A stretch of DNA of 64,000 nt from Alphaproteobacteria bacterium (GTDB lineage: Bacteria; Pseudomonadota; Alphaproteobacteria; UBA828), in the NCBI GenBank assembly GCA_963667785.2, contig CAXXMU010000002.1, positions 672,001 through 736,000 of the forward strand, written 5' to 3'. The number at the start of each line of letters is the position of its first letter. Within the stretch, counting starts at the first letter, position 1. Position numbers and translations under genes: made by a program. This document shows, in pieces, positions 29,594-42,900 of the stretch. The notes under the pieces are model-generated. The model saw only the letters and a list, made by a program, of their open reading frames with translations. It did not search any database and was not told the origin of the DNA.

Positions 29594-30883
29594 ATGCGCG
29601 TCCACCTCAACTACGGCCGGGGCATGCGGGCGGTCGATCTGCCGGATACGCTGGACCTCACCCTGATCGAGAAGCAGGCGATGCCGCCGCTCGCCCAGCC
29701 TGCTCTGGCCATGGAGGATGCGCTTGCCCGGCCCGTAGGCTGCCCGCCGCTCGCCGACGAGGCAGCGCAGGCGCGGCGCGTCTGCATCCTCATCTGCGAC
29801 TTCACCCGGCCGGTGCCCAACGGCACGATCCTGCCGCCTCTCGTCCGCACCCTGCTCGCCGCCGGGGTCGAGCCGGCGCGGATCACGGTGCTGGTGGCGA
29901 CCGGGCTGCACCGCCCCAACGAGGGCGAGGAGCTCGCCGCCCTGGTGGGCGATCCCTGGGTGTTGGAGACGGTGGAGGTGGCGAACCACTTCGCCCGGAA
30001 CGACGAGGACCACGTGCTGCTCGGCACCACCCGGCGCGGCACGGTCGTGCAGCTCGACCGGCGTTTCGTGGACGCCGACCTGCGCATCGCGACGGGCCTG
30101 GTGGAGCCGCACTTCATGGCCGGCTGGTCCGGCGGGCGCAAGGTGATCGCGCCCGGCGTCGCCCACGCGGAGACCATCACCACCTTCCACAGCGCGCGCT
30201 TCATGGAGCATCCCAACTGCACCAACTGCGTGCTGGAGGGGAACCCGCTGCACGAGGAGCAGCTCGAGATCATGGCGATGCTCGGCGGCGCCCGGGCGGT
30301 GAACAGCGTCATCGACGACGAGCGCCGCGTCGCCTTCCTCAACTACGGCGAGGTCGTGGCGAGCCACGAGGCGGCGGTGCGCTTCGCCGCACGCTACGCC
30401 ACGGTGCCTGTCGCCGAGCGCTTCAGCACAGTGCTGACGAGCGCCGCCGGCTACCCCCTCGACGCCACCTACTACCAGACGGTCAAGGGCATGGTCGGGC
30501 CGCTGGAGATCCTGGAGCCGGGCGGCGACCTCATCGTCGCATCGGCCTGTTCAGAAGGGCTGGGCTCGGCTCACTACGCCGACGCCCAGCGCCGCCTGGT
30601 GGAGCAGGGACCCGAGCGCTTCCTCGACGAGATCAGCGGCAAGACCCATGCCGCGATCGACGAGTGGCAGACCGAGATGCAGCTCCGCCCGATGCGGGCC
30701 GGCACCGTCCACCTCTTCACCGAGGGCCTCGCGCCGGAGGAGCGCGCGCTCACCGGGGTCCGGATGACCGAGTCGCTCGCTGGGGCCGTGGCCGACAGCG
30801 TCGCCCGGCACCGCGACAACCGCATCGCCGTGATCCCCGAGGGGCCCTACCTGGTGCCCGTCCACCGCCCCGACGCCGCGTAG
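29594..30883 (+). CDS. larA: LarA-family nickel-pincer-nucleotide-dependent 2-hydroxy-acid racemase/epimerase
   Basis: DFTRPVPN, ATGLHR, PHFMAGWSGGRK..PG, GYPLD.TYYQ.VKG, DEW, IPEGPY. Confidence 0.88.
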   Translation: MRVHLNYGRGMRAVDLPDTLDLTLIEKQAMPPLAQPALAMEDALARPVGCPPLADEAAQARRVCILICDFTRPVPNGTILPPLVRTLLAAGVEPARITVLVATGLHRPNEGEELAALVGDPWVLETVEVANHFARNDEDHVLLGTTRRGTVVQLDRRFVDADLRIATGLVEPHFMAGWSGGRKVIAPGVAHAETITTFHSARFMEHPNCTNCVLEGNPLHEEQLEIMAMLGGARAVNSVIDDERRVAFLNYGEVVASHEAAVRFAARYATVPVAERFSTVLTSAAGYPLDATYYQTVKGMVGPLEILEPGGDLIVASACSEGLGSAHYADAQRRLVEQGPERFLDEISGKTHAAIDEWQTEMQLRPMRAGTVHLFTEGLAPEERALTGVRMTESLAGAVADSVARHRDNRIAVIPEGPYLVPVHRPDAA

Positions 30884-30892
30884 TGGTACTCA

Positions 30893-30910
30893 CACCCCCT
30901 ACTGGGGGTG
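30893..30910. terminator. Hairpin between convergent larA and adhesin genes
   Basis: CACCCCC-TACT-GGGGGTG, 10 bp after the larA stop. Confidence 0.35.
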
Positions 30911-30986
30911 ATCGGCGCGCACAGTTAGCCCCACTGGGAGGCTCGGCGACGAGGCGGTCTGGTGTCCACCTGGGTTCACCCCCCAT

Positions 30987-33900
30987 TCACCATCGTGCCC
31001 TCAGGGTGAAACCGATCCGGTGCTCGGGCTCGCGGTCTTCGTTCGCGCTTTCGTGCAGCGTGCCTTCGAGGCCGAGATCGAGCGAGGCGCGGCCGTGACG
31101 CGCGAGTCCGAGGCCCCAGCCCAATCGGTACTCGCGGCCCACATCGGTGAGCCCGAGCCCGATCTCGGGTGTGCCGATGAACCGGCCACCCGGCACGGGC
31201 AGCCCGTAGCCCAGCGTCACCTCGAAGCGGCGAGCGGAATCCGCTCCGTTGTCGTTCGCGGCGAGGCCCGCAAGCGTCTCCCGGGAGAGCAGCGCATCCA
31301 TGCCGCCGCTCGGCGACGCCCCGATCGTCTGGCGCACGGTGAGCGACGGGCCGAGCCCGGAGGCCGGCGTCGGGTTCCAGACGAGCGAGCCGGCGAAGCC
31401 GCGCTCCCGAAGATGCCCGTCCGCGTGGGTCAGCAGCCCGCGCCCCCGGACCTCCGCCCTGAGGCCCCGCGCCGGCTCCTCCCAGACGATCGCGGCGCCG
31501 GTGTCGGCCCCCAGACCGGTCTCGGCATCGCCGCCGTCGAGGCGCAGCCCGATTTCGACGCTTGGCGTCAGCAGCGCGCCTCCCTTCAGCGGGAGCGGCC
31601 GCGATCCCTCGATGCCCAGACGCAGGCGGGTCACGTCCGCCGTCGAGGACGTCAGGCCCGCAATACTCTCGGAGCCGGTTCGCACGATCATCCCGTCGGC
31701 GGTCAACGCGACGGTGGCACCGCCGTCGCCGCCGTCGCGGACGACGCCTCTGACACCCGCGGCCGCCATCGCGAGATCGATATCGGCGTCGAGCGACGCG
31801 CTGCCCTCCGGCTTGAGCGCGAGCGTGCCGGCGCCGTAGCCCGAGACGCCCCACAGGGACACGCGCTCGTTCAGCGCGAGGCGGCCGTAGGGATAGACCC
31901 CGGTCAGGGTCGAGGAGACCTCGCCGCCGCCCGACTCCGCCTGGAAGCCGCCCTCGCCGCGGGAATGAGCGATCAAGACCCCCGCGGTCCCGGCCCCTTG
32001 CGTCCAGTCGGCGCCCAGCATGCTGCTCAGCACCTCGCCGTCGAGAGCGAGCGCGCCCTCGCGCCCGTGGAACCGACCGACCGTTCCCCGGCCCCACACG
32101 GCGGTGACGCCATCCTCCGCCGTTCGTCCCGTCAGGGTGAAGGACGTGCCGGTAAGCAAGTCGCGCCCCGTCACCTGCCGCGACGTGAATCCGCGCGCCT
32201 CGTCCTCGTCACTCCCGCCGCCGAGCCATCCCGCCAGCGTTTCGAGGCCGGCTTCCGCCTCCCGCGCTTCGGCGTCATCCGATGCGGCGCTGCCGTCGAC
32301 CCGCTGCCCCGCGATGCTCAGCTCCGTCTCCGCGACCGGCGCCGATGCCAGGCGGTCCTCGACCGCCGCGAGCACCTGGTCCGCGACCGTGCGCCCGAGG
32401 CGCGCCAGCCACGCTTGCGGCATCGCATCGCTGTTGCGAATTGTCCCCACGGCTTCGCCATCGACGATCATCGCCCGCTTCGGATTGCTCAACACGAGCG
32501 TCAGGGTCTCGCCGTCATCGTCGATCGTATCGTCGAGCACCGGCACGGAAACCGTCTTCGACGTCTCGCCGCGCTCGAAGATGAGTCGGCCCGAGACAGC
32601 CGTATAGTCCAGGCCCGCGGTTGCCGTACCGTCCGCCGTCCGGTAATCGACCTTGACCCGATAGGGCGCCGTGCCGCTCAGCGTCACGACGAACCCCAGC
32701 GCCGCGCCCGGCCCCTCCTGGACCTCTGCGTCCGCCACCGTGATCTCGTGCCCCGGCCCCGGCACCGAGAGAGATATCGACCTGGAGAGCGGCCTCTTGT
32801 CCGCGGTGCAGATCGCTCCCTGCGCAGCGCAGTCGGGCGTAGCGGCCAGCGTCAGCGCCAGGGGACGGGTGGATGTCGGCATCACCCTGATCGCCCACAG
32901 GTCGCCTTTCTTCTCGCCGCTACCATTCGCGACCTGCCACAGGCCGTCGATGACGCCGTCGGTCACCGTCAGGGCATGGTTGCGAAGGCTCCGCGCGCTG
33001 ACGGTCACCGGCTCGCTGAACTTCACGCGGACCACGAACTTCATGCCGTCACCGGAATGGCCGGGCGGGAATTTCGCCCACTGGGCGGTCAGCGAGGGCC
33101 CGGGTGTCGGCGGCGGCGGCCTCCGGCTCTCCTTCGTAGCCCCCGCATGGCCAAGCTGTGCCGACGGCCCGTTGGGACTCCCGATCGTGCCGCCGTTCAG
33201 CGTCAGGCTGTCCGCCAGCACGGCCACGCTGTAGACCGGGCTCTGGGCGGCCGTCACCGCATGCTCGAAGACGAGCGTTTCGCCACCCGACCCCCGGGCA
33301 TAGGGCGCCTGCACCGTCTCGCCGTCGACGGTGAGAGTGACCGAGGGGACTCCACCCTCCGTCGCCACGACCACGTCCTCGCGGAAGTCGATCGCGACGC
33401 CGACATGCTCGCCTGCCGCCCAATTTCCGTTCCGATCGTCGTCGTCGAGGATCTCGACGGTCCTGATGAGCGGTCGATAGAGCGTCGCGGTGCTGCTCGC
33501 GTCGCAATCGGTTGAGTCGGACGTGTTCCGACGGAAGACGTTCGAGGCCAGGTTCGGTGTCCCCGTTTCGGCATGGGTCGCCGCGCCTGCGGGAACGCTC
33601 ACCGTCACCGGCTGTCCCCAGTCGGTGGGCGTGACCCGGATCCGATACCCCAGGTTCCGGCTGTAGGGACGATCGATGAGTTGCGCGGACGCGTTCACGA
33701 GCGTCACGTCATCGCCCAACACGAATCCGTCCACCTCTTCGTAGTAAAGGAAGAGTTCCGGCCCCGTCGTGAACCCGATATTGACGATAAAGGTGCCCGC
33801 GTCGTTCTCGGGCGTCGCCGGATCGTCGTAGTCGCGGCACACGGTGGCGGGCACCTCGGTGTCTCCCGCTTCGCCGGAATTGCCCGCCATCACCTCGGTG

Positions 33901-36900
33901 CGAACATCCCTGGCCATGTCGACCGATGCCGCCTCGGCATCGTTCGACAGCGCCCAGCCGCCTCCGTGCCTGGCGCGCATCCTGAACGCGTAGCGGACAT
34001 TCGCGACGATGCCGCTGCTCACGCGGAGACCGATGCTGCCCGCCTCGCAGTCGGCTGCGTCAGACGGGGACCAGGGAGAGAAGACCTCATCGCTCCACTC
34101 TCCCGGCATCGAGGGGTGGAGCTTTCTCTTCTGGATCGCGAAGCTTCCCAGGTCGCTTGCCGCGACATCGGTGGGCTTCCAGCAGAGGTCGACGGTCGGC
34201 ATGCCGTGCGGCGCGTCCTCGACTGCCAGACCCGTGACCGTCAGCCCGCCGACTGCGATCGTCGCGTTGGCCTCCGCCGCGTCCGACGCCGGGCCCGTAC
34301 CGCCGCCCCCGCCGAAAATGGCCGAGACCCGGTAGTGGCGGGTCTCGCCGGCCATCAGGCCCGAGCGGTGGGTGTAGGCCGTGCCGGTTCCGCCCGTATC
34401 GGCCATCACCTCGGCCCAAGAGGAGCCGCCATCGTAGGACGCCTCGACCCGGTAGCCGACGACCGTGCCGGGGGAGGGCGCCGTCCAGCTCAGCGCGACC
34501 CTGCTGGCGGTGGCGTCGGTGGTCAGCCCCGTCACCCGGCCCGGAATGTCCGGCGCCGCCTCGTCGTCCGCTACCGTCACCGCAACGTCCGACGCCGTCT
34601 CGGAGCCGTAGTCCGCTCCGGCCACCGCGTGGGAGACGGTCGCCGTGTCGTTGACCGCGTCCGCATCCTCGGCCGCGCTCACCGTCACCGTCTGCTCCGT
34701 GTCCCAGGTCGACGGCGTGAAGGTCAGCGCGCCGCTCACCGTCACGTCCGTATCGCCGCTCGTGCGCGACGGCGTCACCGTCACGGTGCCCGTGGGCTCG
34801 CTGTCGAGCACCACCGTGTAGGTCGCCGTGTCGCCCTCTGGCACCGGGAGCGCGGTCTGCGACACCGTCACCCCGCGCGTGTCGTCGTCCACGATCGTGC
34901 CGGTGACGTTGACCGCATTCGTCGCCGTGGGCGCCACCCCCGACCAGGACAAGCGCCAGTCGATGGCGAGCGTTTCGTCTTCCTCGTCGATATCGTCGTC
35001 GACGATGGTCACCTGAAAGCTCGCCGACGTCTGCCGGGACGGTATGGAAATATCTGCATCAACGCCAAATTCGACGAACCGTTCGTAGTCGGCCACCGCC
35101 GTCGCCGTGCCCTGGACGCGGTTGGATTGGGTTCTGTAGACCACTTCTCCCTCGACCGGATGGCTCAGCTCGAGAACGAACGTCATGGTTCCCGCGTCTT
35201 CGTCGACCGACACGTCCTCCATGGTCGCCGTGGGCGGGGACTCGTTGTCGGGCCCCACCAGCACCACCAATATCGTCCCGTTGATGCCGAATACCGCCGG
35301 GTCCGTCGGGTTGCTCAGGGCGAGGGTGACGTTTCCCGCGCCGGCCGGCTCGTACACCGAGTCGTCCAGAATCGAGAGGGTGAACGTCTTTCGCGTCTCG
35401 CCCGGCGCGAACGTCAGGGTGTCGCTGACCGGCGTGTAGTCCTCTCCGGGCAACCCGTGGCTGCTGCTCAGCGTGGCGTAGTCCACGCTGACGGCTTCGC
35501 CGAGCGCCGGCGTCAGGATCACCCCGATTTCCACGTCACCGGCGTCCTCCCCCTTGTAGAGGCCCGTGTGCTCCCATTCGATCACCGGGGCGGCCCGCGT
35601 CAGCTCGATCGTGTAGGCTTGCTCGGTTTCCCCGTCTTCCGCGGTCACCGTCACCGTGACGGTGTTCTCGCCGAAGGCCATGGCCAGATCCGCCTGGTTC
35701 GGGGTGCTCGTGTCGTCGTCTCCCGCGATCGCGACCCTCGCCTTGCGGTGGCTGGTCGCGACGGCGACGCTCACCGTCGCGGCGGTGTTCTCGACCTCTC
35801 CCTCGTAGCTGTACGTCCCCGACGCGAAGGCCGGCGTCAGGGCGACGTCGCTGCTGCCCACCTTGACCGTCAGCGACGTCAGGGACGCGTCCGTCGATGC
35901 CGCATCGTCGTTCAAGATGGTGCCCGTCGCCGTCTTCGGCGTTCCCAGCGCGGCGTTGGACGAGGGGTTGGAGAGCGTCAGCGTGAAGGTCTCGTCGTCT
36001 TCGTGCGCCGTGTCGCTCCCGGTGGAGATGGAGACGGTCTTCGATGCCTGGCCGGCGGAAATCGTGAGCGTGGCGCCGCCTGCGGGCGCGGTGTAGTCCG
36101 CCCCGTCTTCGTGCTGGGAGTCCGATGTCGCCGTGCCGTCGCTGGTCCCGTACTGCACCGTGACGTCGCGCGATGCGACCGGGTCGAGCGTGACCGTGAA
36201 CTCGACGGCATCGCCTTCCGTCGCCGAGGCGTTGGCGATCGTCAGCGTCGGGGTTTCGTCGTCGGTGATGGTGCCCGTGGCCATCGCGGCGGCGAGGGTG
36301 GCGTTCGACGCGTTGCTCAGCGTGACCTTGAAGGTCTCGTTGCCCTCGCCGACCGAGTCGTCGACCAGCGCGACCTCGATGGTCTTCGCCGTCTCGCCCA
36401 CCGCGAATTCGAGCGTGCCCGACGCCGCGGTGTAGTCGGAACCCGCTTCCGCGGTGTCGTCCGAGGTCACGTAGTCGACGGCTGCCGCCTCGCCGCTCGC
36501 CACGTCCAGTGTCACCGCGAATGCGACCTTGCCGGCATTCTCCGCCGCGGTCGCGCTCGCGATCGAGATCGCGGGCTCGGGGCTGCCGTTGCGCACCGTG
36601 CGGCCGGTGAACTGGGCCGCCTCGTTGCCCCAGCGGTCCTTGATCCTGTCGGTTCCCGGCGTGTAGCCCACCGTCACCGTCTGCGCATGACCGACGGGCG
36701 AAACGAGCGTCAGCGTCACCGTCGCGCCGTCCACGTCCACGCCGGTCACCGACCGCGACGCCCCCGCCACGGCGACCTGGAAGGCCCCCGGCGCGGGCGC
36801 CGAGTTCTCGTTCAGATGCTCCGCGACGCCGCTCGCCCGCTCGAAGGCCAGGACCAGCTCGGTCCCGTCCACCGTCGCGCCGTCGGCGGCGCTCGCCAGC

Positions 36901-39900
36901 ACGGGCCCGGTGGTGTCCACCCGCGCGGCCGCGGTGCGCTGGCGATGACGGATGTTCACGGCGATACCGTCGTCATTCTCGATGGTGCCGCCGCCCAGCG
37001 TCAGGCCGCTGCTGCCGTTGAGCCCGATGCCCCGGACGTTGGTCGGAACCACGAGGGCGGCGCCGTCGCCCGGCACCTGAGCCGGCACCGTCCAAGCGAA
37101 CACCAGCGCCGTGGTCCCCGTGCCGCTCTCGTAAGGCGCGGTGTGGACCGTCGAGTCGCTGCCGGAGCGGAACTTCAGCGCCGGCGTGCCGTTCGTCTCG
37201 TCGACATCGACGGCATTCTCGAACGTCACGGTGAAGCGGACGGTCTCGCCGGGGCCGTAGACTGGGTCCCCGGTCACCGTCTCCGGCACCGTCGGCGTGG
37301 AGGTCACGGCGACGCTCTTCACCCACCGCGTGTCGAGGCTCAGGCCGCTGGAGTGAAACGCATGGTCGAGGCGGGCGTCGACGGTCGTCCCCTTGTTCCG
37401 GATGGTCCCGCCGTTGCGCTGGAGACCGTTCGTCGCGACCCGGACACTGGAATCGTCGTCGTCGTTGCCGGTCACGACGCGCTTGAAGACGAGCACCCTC
37501 TCTGTGCTGGAGGCTGCGTCGTAGTAGGCATACTCGTTGAGTCTGTGCGCGTCGATGAAGTAGAGCTTGACCCGCGGCGTTCCGCCGACCTCCACGGCGA
37601 TGTCGAACGTGACGCTCACCTCGATCACGTCGCCCAGGTCGTAGACGTTGTTCGACGGCCGGCTGGTGAAGGCGACGTTCGTGACCACCGCCGGATCGGT
37701 ATCGTCGTCCTCGATGGTGCCCGTCGCGGTCTTCGGCGATCCGAGCGCGGCGTTCGACGACGGGCCGGAGAGCGTCAGCGTGAAGGTCTCGTCGTCCTCG
37801 TCCGCCGTATCGTCCCCGGTGGCGACGGAGATGGTCTCCGACGTCTTCCCGGCGGCGATCGTGAGCGTGGCGTTGCTGGCCGGCGCGGTATAGTCGGCGC
37901 CGTCCGCGTGCGCGGAATCTGCCGTCGCGCTGCCGTCGGTGGTGGCGTACTGCACCGTCACGTCGGTCTGAGACGCCGGGCTCAGCGTCACGGCGAATTC
38001 GACCGCATCGCCCTCGGTCGCCGAGGCATCGGCGATGGTCACCGTCGGCGTTCCCTCGTCGTCGGTGATGGTGCCCGTGGCCTCGCCATTGGCGATGCTG
38101 GCGTTCGCCGCGTTGCTCAGCGTGACCTTGAAGGTCTCGTCGCCCTCGCTGAGCGCGTCGTCGCCGAGCGTGACGGTGATGGTCTCGGACGTGTCGCCCG
38201 CCGCGAATCTCAGGGTGCCGGACGCCGCGGTGTAATCCGAACCCCCTGTGGTCGTCACGTCCGAGGTGGCGTAGTCGACCGTCACCTCTTCGCCGCTCGC
38301 CACATCCAGCGTCACCGCGAACGCGGCCGCGCCGTCGTCCTCGTCCACCGTGACGCTCGCGATCGAGAGCGTCGGCTCGGGGCTGTCGTTGCGCACCGCG
38401 CGGCCCGAGAAGCCTGCCGCCTCGTTGCCCCAGCGGTCCTTGATCCTGTCGGTCCCGGGCGCGTAGCCCACCGTCACCGTCTGCGCATGGCCGACGGGCG
38501 ACGCGAGCGCCAGCGTCACCGTCGCGCTATCCACGTCCACACCCGACACCGTCCTCGTGCCCACGCTCAGGACCGTGACCGTGAAATCGCCCGGCGCCGG
38601 CTCGGAGTCCTCGTCCAGATGATCCGGAACGCCGCTCGCCCGCTCGAAGGACAACACCAGCTCGGTTGCGTCCACGACCGCGCCGGCAGGCCCGGTCGCC
38701 ACCACCGGGCCGGTGGTGTCGACCAGCGAGTCGGTCGCGTAGCTCCCGTGCCGGACGTTCACCGCCCTGGCGCCGGCGTCCTCGATGGTTCCGCCGTTCA
38801 GCACCAGGCCGCCGTTGGTCAGGAGCGTCCGGTCAGCGGCGGTATTGGAAGGAACGCCGATCGGCGTCCCGTCGCCCGCGACGGCCGCCGGCACCGCCCA
38901 GGCAAACACCAGCGCCGTGCTGCCGGACCCGCTCTCATATTCCGCATCCTGGCGCCCCCCGCTGCCGGCGACGATCTTCAGCGCCGGCGTGCCGGACGCC
39001 GTGTCCACCGTGACCGCGTTCTCGAACGTGACAGTGAGCCGCACCGTCTCGCCGGGACCGTAGATCGGATCCCCGGTCACGGTCTCGGGCACCGTCGGCG
39101 TGGACGTTACCGCGATGCCCTCGATCCACCGCGTGGCGACGGTCGCGCCGTTCGAGACCGCCGCATGGCCGAGGGCCGCCGCCACCGCGGTCCCCTGGTT
39201 GACGATGCTGCCGCCGTTGAGCTCCAACGCGTCGTCGGGCACGCCGATCCCGTCCGTGTCGTCGTCGTCCGCCGCCGTCACCGTCTTGCGGAACACCAGC
39301 ACGGTGGCCGAGCTGGCGCCGGCGTCGTACGCCGCGTAGCTTGCAGACGCGTCCGTGCCGTCCATGGACAGGCCCACGCGCGGCGTGCCCGTCACGTCCA
39401 CCGCGGCGTCGAAGGTCACGCTGACCTCGATGGAGTCGCCCAGCCCGTAGCTCCCCGACGACGGCACGTCGGTGAAGGTCACGGAAGCGACCGACGCCGC
39501 GGTCACGTCATCGTCCACGATGGTGCCGGTCGCCGATCGCGCCGTTCCGAGCACGGCGTTGGACGAGGGGTTGGAGAGCGTCAGCGTGAAGGTCTCGTCG
39601 TCCTCGTCGGCCGTGTCGCCGGTCGTGGCGATAGAGGCCGTGCCCGAGGTCTGGCCGGCGTCGATGGTGAGCGTTTCGCCGCTGGCGGCGGTGAAGTCGT
39701 CCGCCGACGCCGTGTCGCCGGATTCGATCGAGGTGTCGTACTGGACCATCACCGCGCTCGCGGCCGCCCGGCTGAGGCTGACCGTGAACTCGACCGCGGC
39801 GCCCTCCGTCGCCGATGCGGCCGCGACGGTGAGGGTGGGCAGGTCGGGGCGCCCCGCGACCTCGGTCGACCAGGCCCCTTCGAGACTGCCGCGAACCGCG

Positions 39901-42900
39901 AGCACGCGCACGGTGTAGTCGGTGCCGTCGGTGAGCGAGGGGATCGTGTGGCTGGTGGTCGAGCCCGAAGAGATGCTCGCCTCGCGCCCGTCGGAGGAGG
40001 CGGTTGCGAAGGTCTGGTCGCCGGACTTCCACTGCACCTTGTAGCCGTCGGCGCCGAGCACCCCGTCCCAGCTCACGCCCAGCGAGCCGCCGGCGGGCGT
40101 CAGCGCCACCCCGGTCACCTGGGCCGGCGGACTGTCGTCGTCGACGATGACGATGTTCCATGCACAGACGGTGCCGCATGTAGAGCCGTCGGAACCGGCC
40201 AGGGCCACCGCCGCGGGAAAGTTGTTCTTGATAAGCCGGAGCGAGAAACCTTCGTTTCCCTCGACGAGGTCGTCATCGGTGAGGGTCACGTCCACGGACT
40301 TGGTGGCCACGTACCGGCCGTCCTGCGCCGCGAAGTCCGATGCCTGGAAGCTGACGAAGCTGGTGCCGAGGGCCTCGTAGTCCAGGTTTCCCACCGCCGT
40401 TCCGTTCTGGGTGCTGACGATGAGCCTGAAGGATATCCCGGCCGGCTCGGGCACCCCCGCCGCGGTCTCCGCGACGAACCCGATCGAATGCGTTCCGGAG
40501 TCTTCGGGAAACACGTGCGCGGCGCTGGAGGGCCGCACGGTGATCGCCGGGTCGGCGGCCACCATCGCGACGCTCGCGGAGCCGTCGCTCCCGATCGCAT
40601 AGGTCGAGTGCGACGCGATGCTCGCGGTGAGCGTGCCGTCTGCCGTGGCGCCGCCGGTGAAGTCGCCCGGCTCGAGGGTGAGCGTGGCGGAGGTCTGGTT
40701 GGCCGGGATCGTGACCGTCCGGGACAGCTTGCTGGACGGCAGGAAGTCCTGGTCCTGCGTGAAGGCGAGGTTCACGGCAAGCGCCTCGGCGGTCGCCGCG
40801 GCCCGCGTGACCGTGAGCGTGAAGCCCTGGAGGTGGAAGGCGAGCGTGGACACGTCGGCGGCGATCGAGACGCTCGGCCTCACCTGCGATACCGTCAGCG
40901 TATAGGTCCCGTCCGGCCGCGGCGCCCTGACCGCGGTGACGGTGATCTCCGTCTCCGCGCCGTCGATCCGCACCTGGTGTCCGGTGGCGTTGCTGTCCGC
41001 ATCGGCGGGCAGGATCCTCGCGTTGCCGCCTCCCGCCGCGGAGGCCGACACGGTCACGAACTCGACGCTGGCGGACACCGTGGCCTCGTACGCGGTCGTC
41101 CCGGACGCGAACGGCGGCGTCAGGTCGAGCGATGTGGTGCCGTGGGCGAGCCCCAGCGAGGCGAGCGTCGCCGCGGCCAGCGTCTGGCTACCGTCCACCC
41201 GGTGCCCCCCTTGCGTCGACAGCGCGGTCCCGCCGAGCTCGGCGTCGCGCTGGTCGGCACCGGCCCGGATGGTCGCGCCGTTGAGCGCGAGGGCGTCGTC
41301 CCCGACGCTGATGCCGTCACTGTCGAGGTCGCCGGACTGAACCACGTATTCGAACGTCAGCGTCCTGTTTCCGGCCATGCCGGCGTAGCCGACGTTCCTG
41401 GACGAGGAACCGATGTCCACCTCGAGATGGGGCGAGCCGTTGCCGGTATCCACGACCACGTCCCGATCGAACTTCACCGAGAGGGCGATGGTCTCGCCAC
41501 TCGCGTAGGTGTTGCCGGTGTGCAGGGGCCGGGAGGTGACCGTGACGCCGCCCGTGTCCGCGATCTTCGGCACGTCGCGCACGATGGTTACCGGCAGCTC
41601 TCCCGCCGCCAGCGCGCCGGAGTCGTACCCGCCGCCGTCGCCCGTGTGCGTGAGGGTCTTCGTGGCATCCTGAGCGGAGACCTGCGCCGCCGCCGTCACG
41701 GTCACCGTTTGCCCGTCGTTCCAGTTGTCCCGCGTGAACGACAGACTGTCCGGCTCGACGGTCAGGCTGCTGCCGCCGCCCGCGATGGTCACGCCGAGGT
41801 TCGCGGACGGCCGTTTGCCGAGCTTCAGCGTGTAGCTGGTAGTCCCGTCCTCGGCCAGCGATAGCGCGGTCTCCGAGAACACGTAGCTTTTCTGTGCGTT
41901 CTCGTCCTCGATGAGCACCGGCAGATCGACGACCGGCGCCGAGCCGTACCCGCCGCCCGCGGCCCGGTGGCGCAGCTCGTGTTCCCGGTTCCCTGTCACG
42001 ACGTTGCTGGACGCAGCGACAACGATCCTCTGCGACTGATCCCAGTTATCCGGCGTGAAGGTCAGCGTCGCGCTTTGACCCGATGCGGAGGAGGTGCCGA
42101 TGAACAGCGGGGCGCCGTTGACCCGTGTGACCTGAACCGTCACGTCGCTCGCGGGCTGGAGGCCGAGAGCGACCCTGTAGGCGACGGCCGCTCCGCCTTC
42201 CTTGACGTGCAGGCGGGTCTTGTTGAGCACGATCGACGCCGCGACCGTGTCGACGACCTCCACGGCGACGCTCGCGGAGACTCCCCCGTAGTCGCCCCCG
42301 CTCGCGGTGTAGGTCAGGGTCTCCGGGTCGTTGTCGGCGTCCAGGTCTGCCGCGGCCTCGACCGTGACCGTCACGGGCGTGTCCCAGTCGCCGGGTTCGA
42401 ATTCGATGGCGCTCGGCGCGACCGTGAGATCGGTGCCGGCGGTGCCGGCAAGCTCCAGCGTCACCTTCTCCGTGGGCAGGGTCGCGAGCGCGACCGTATA
42501 GGTGGCGCTGCCGTCCTCGGGCACCGGCAGGGCGGTCTGGGAGAGCACGATGGCGGGCGTGTCGTCGTCCGTCACCGCAACCGGCAACGTGGCGGCGACC
42601 GATCCGTAGTCCCCGCCGCTGGCGGTGTGCGTCAGCGTGGCGCTGCCGAGCGAGGCGTCGTCGTCGTGATCCGCGCTCACGCTCACGGTCTGCGGCTCGT
42701 CCCAGTTCGTCGGCGTGAAACTGAGCTGGCTCGTGCCGAGCGTCAGTCCGGAATCCCCGCCGGCGGCGATCGAGACGCTCACGGTGGCGCTCGGCTTGGT
42801 CGTCAGCGCCACCGTGTAGCTGCTGCCGGCGCCTTCGGTGACGCCGAGGATCGGCGCCGAGAACACGAGCCCTGCCGTGTCGTCGTCCTCGATGGTGCCG

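Noticed and set aside
33573-41864. 2763-aa + strand ORF and other long antisense ORFs (e.g. 550..2757, 20245..22953, 24711..27275)
   Set aside because: Shadow ORFs opposite recognisable genes; typical of high-GC codon bias, R/G/A-rich and without family motifs.
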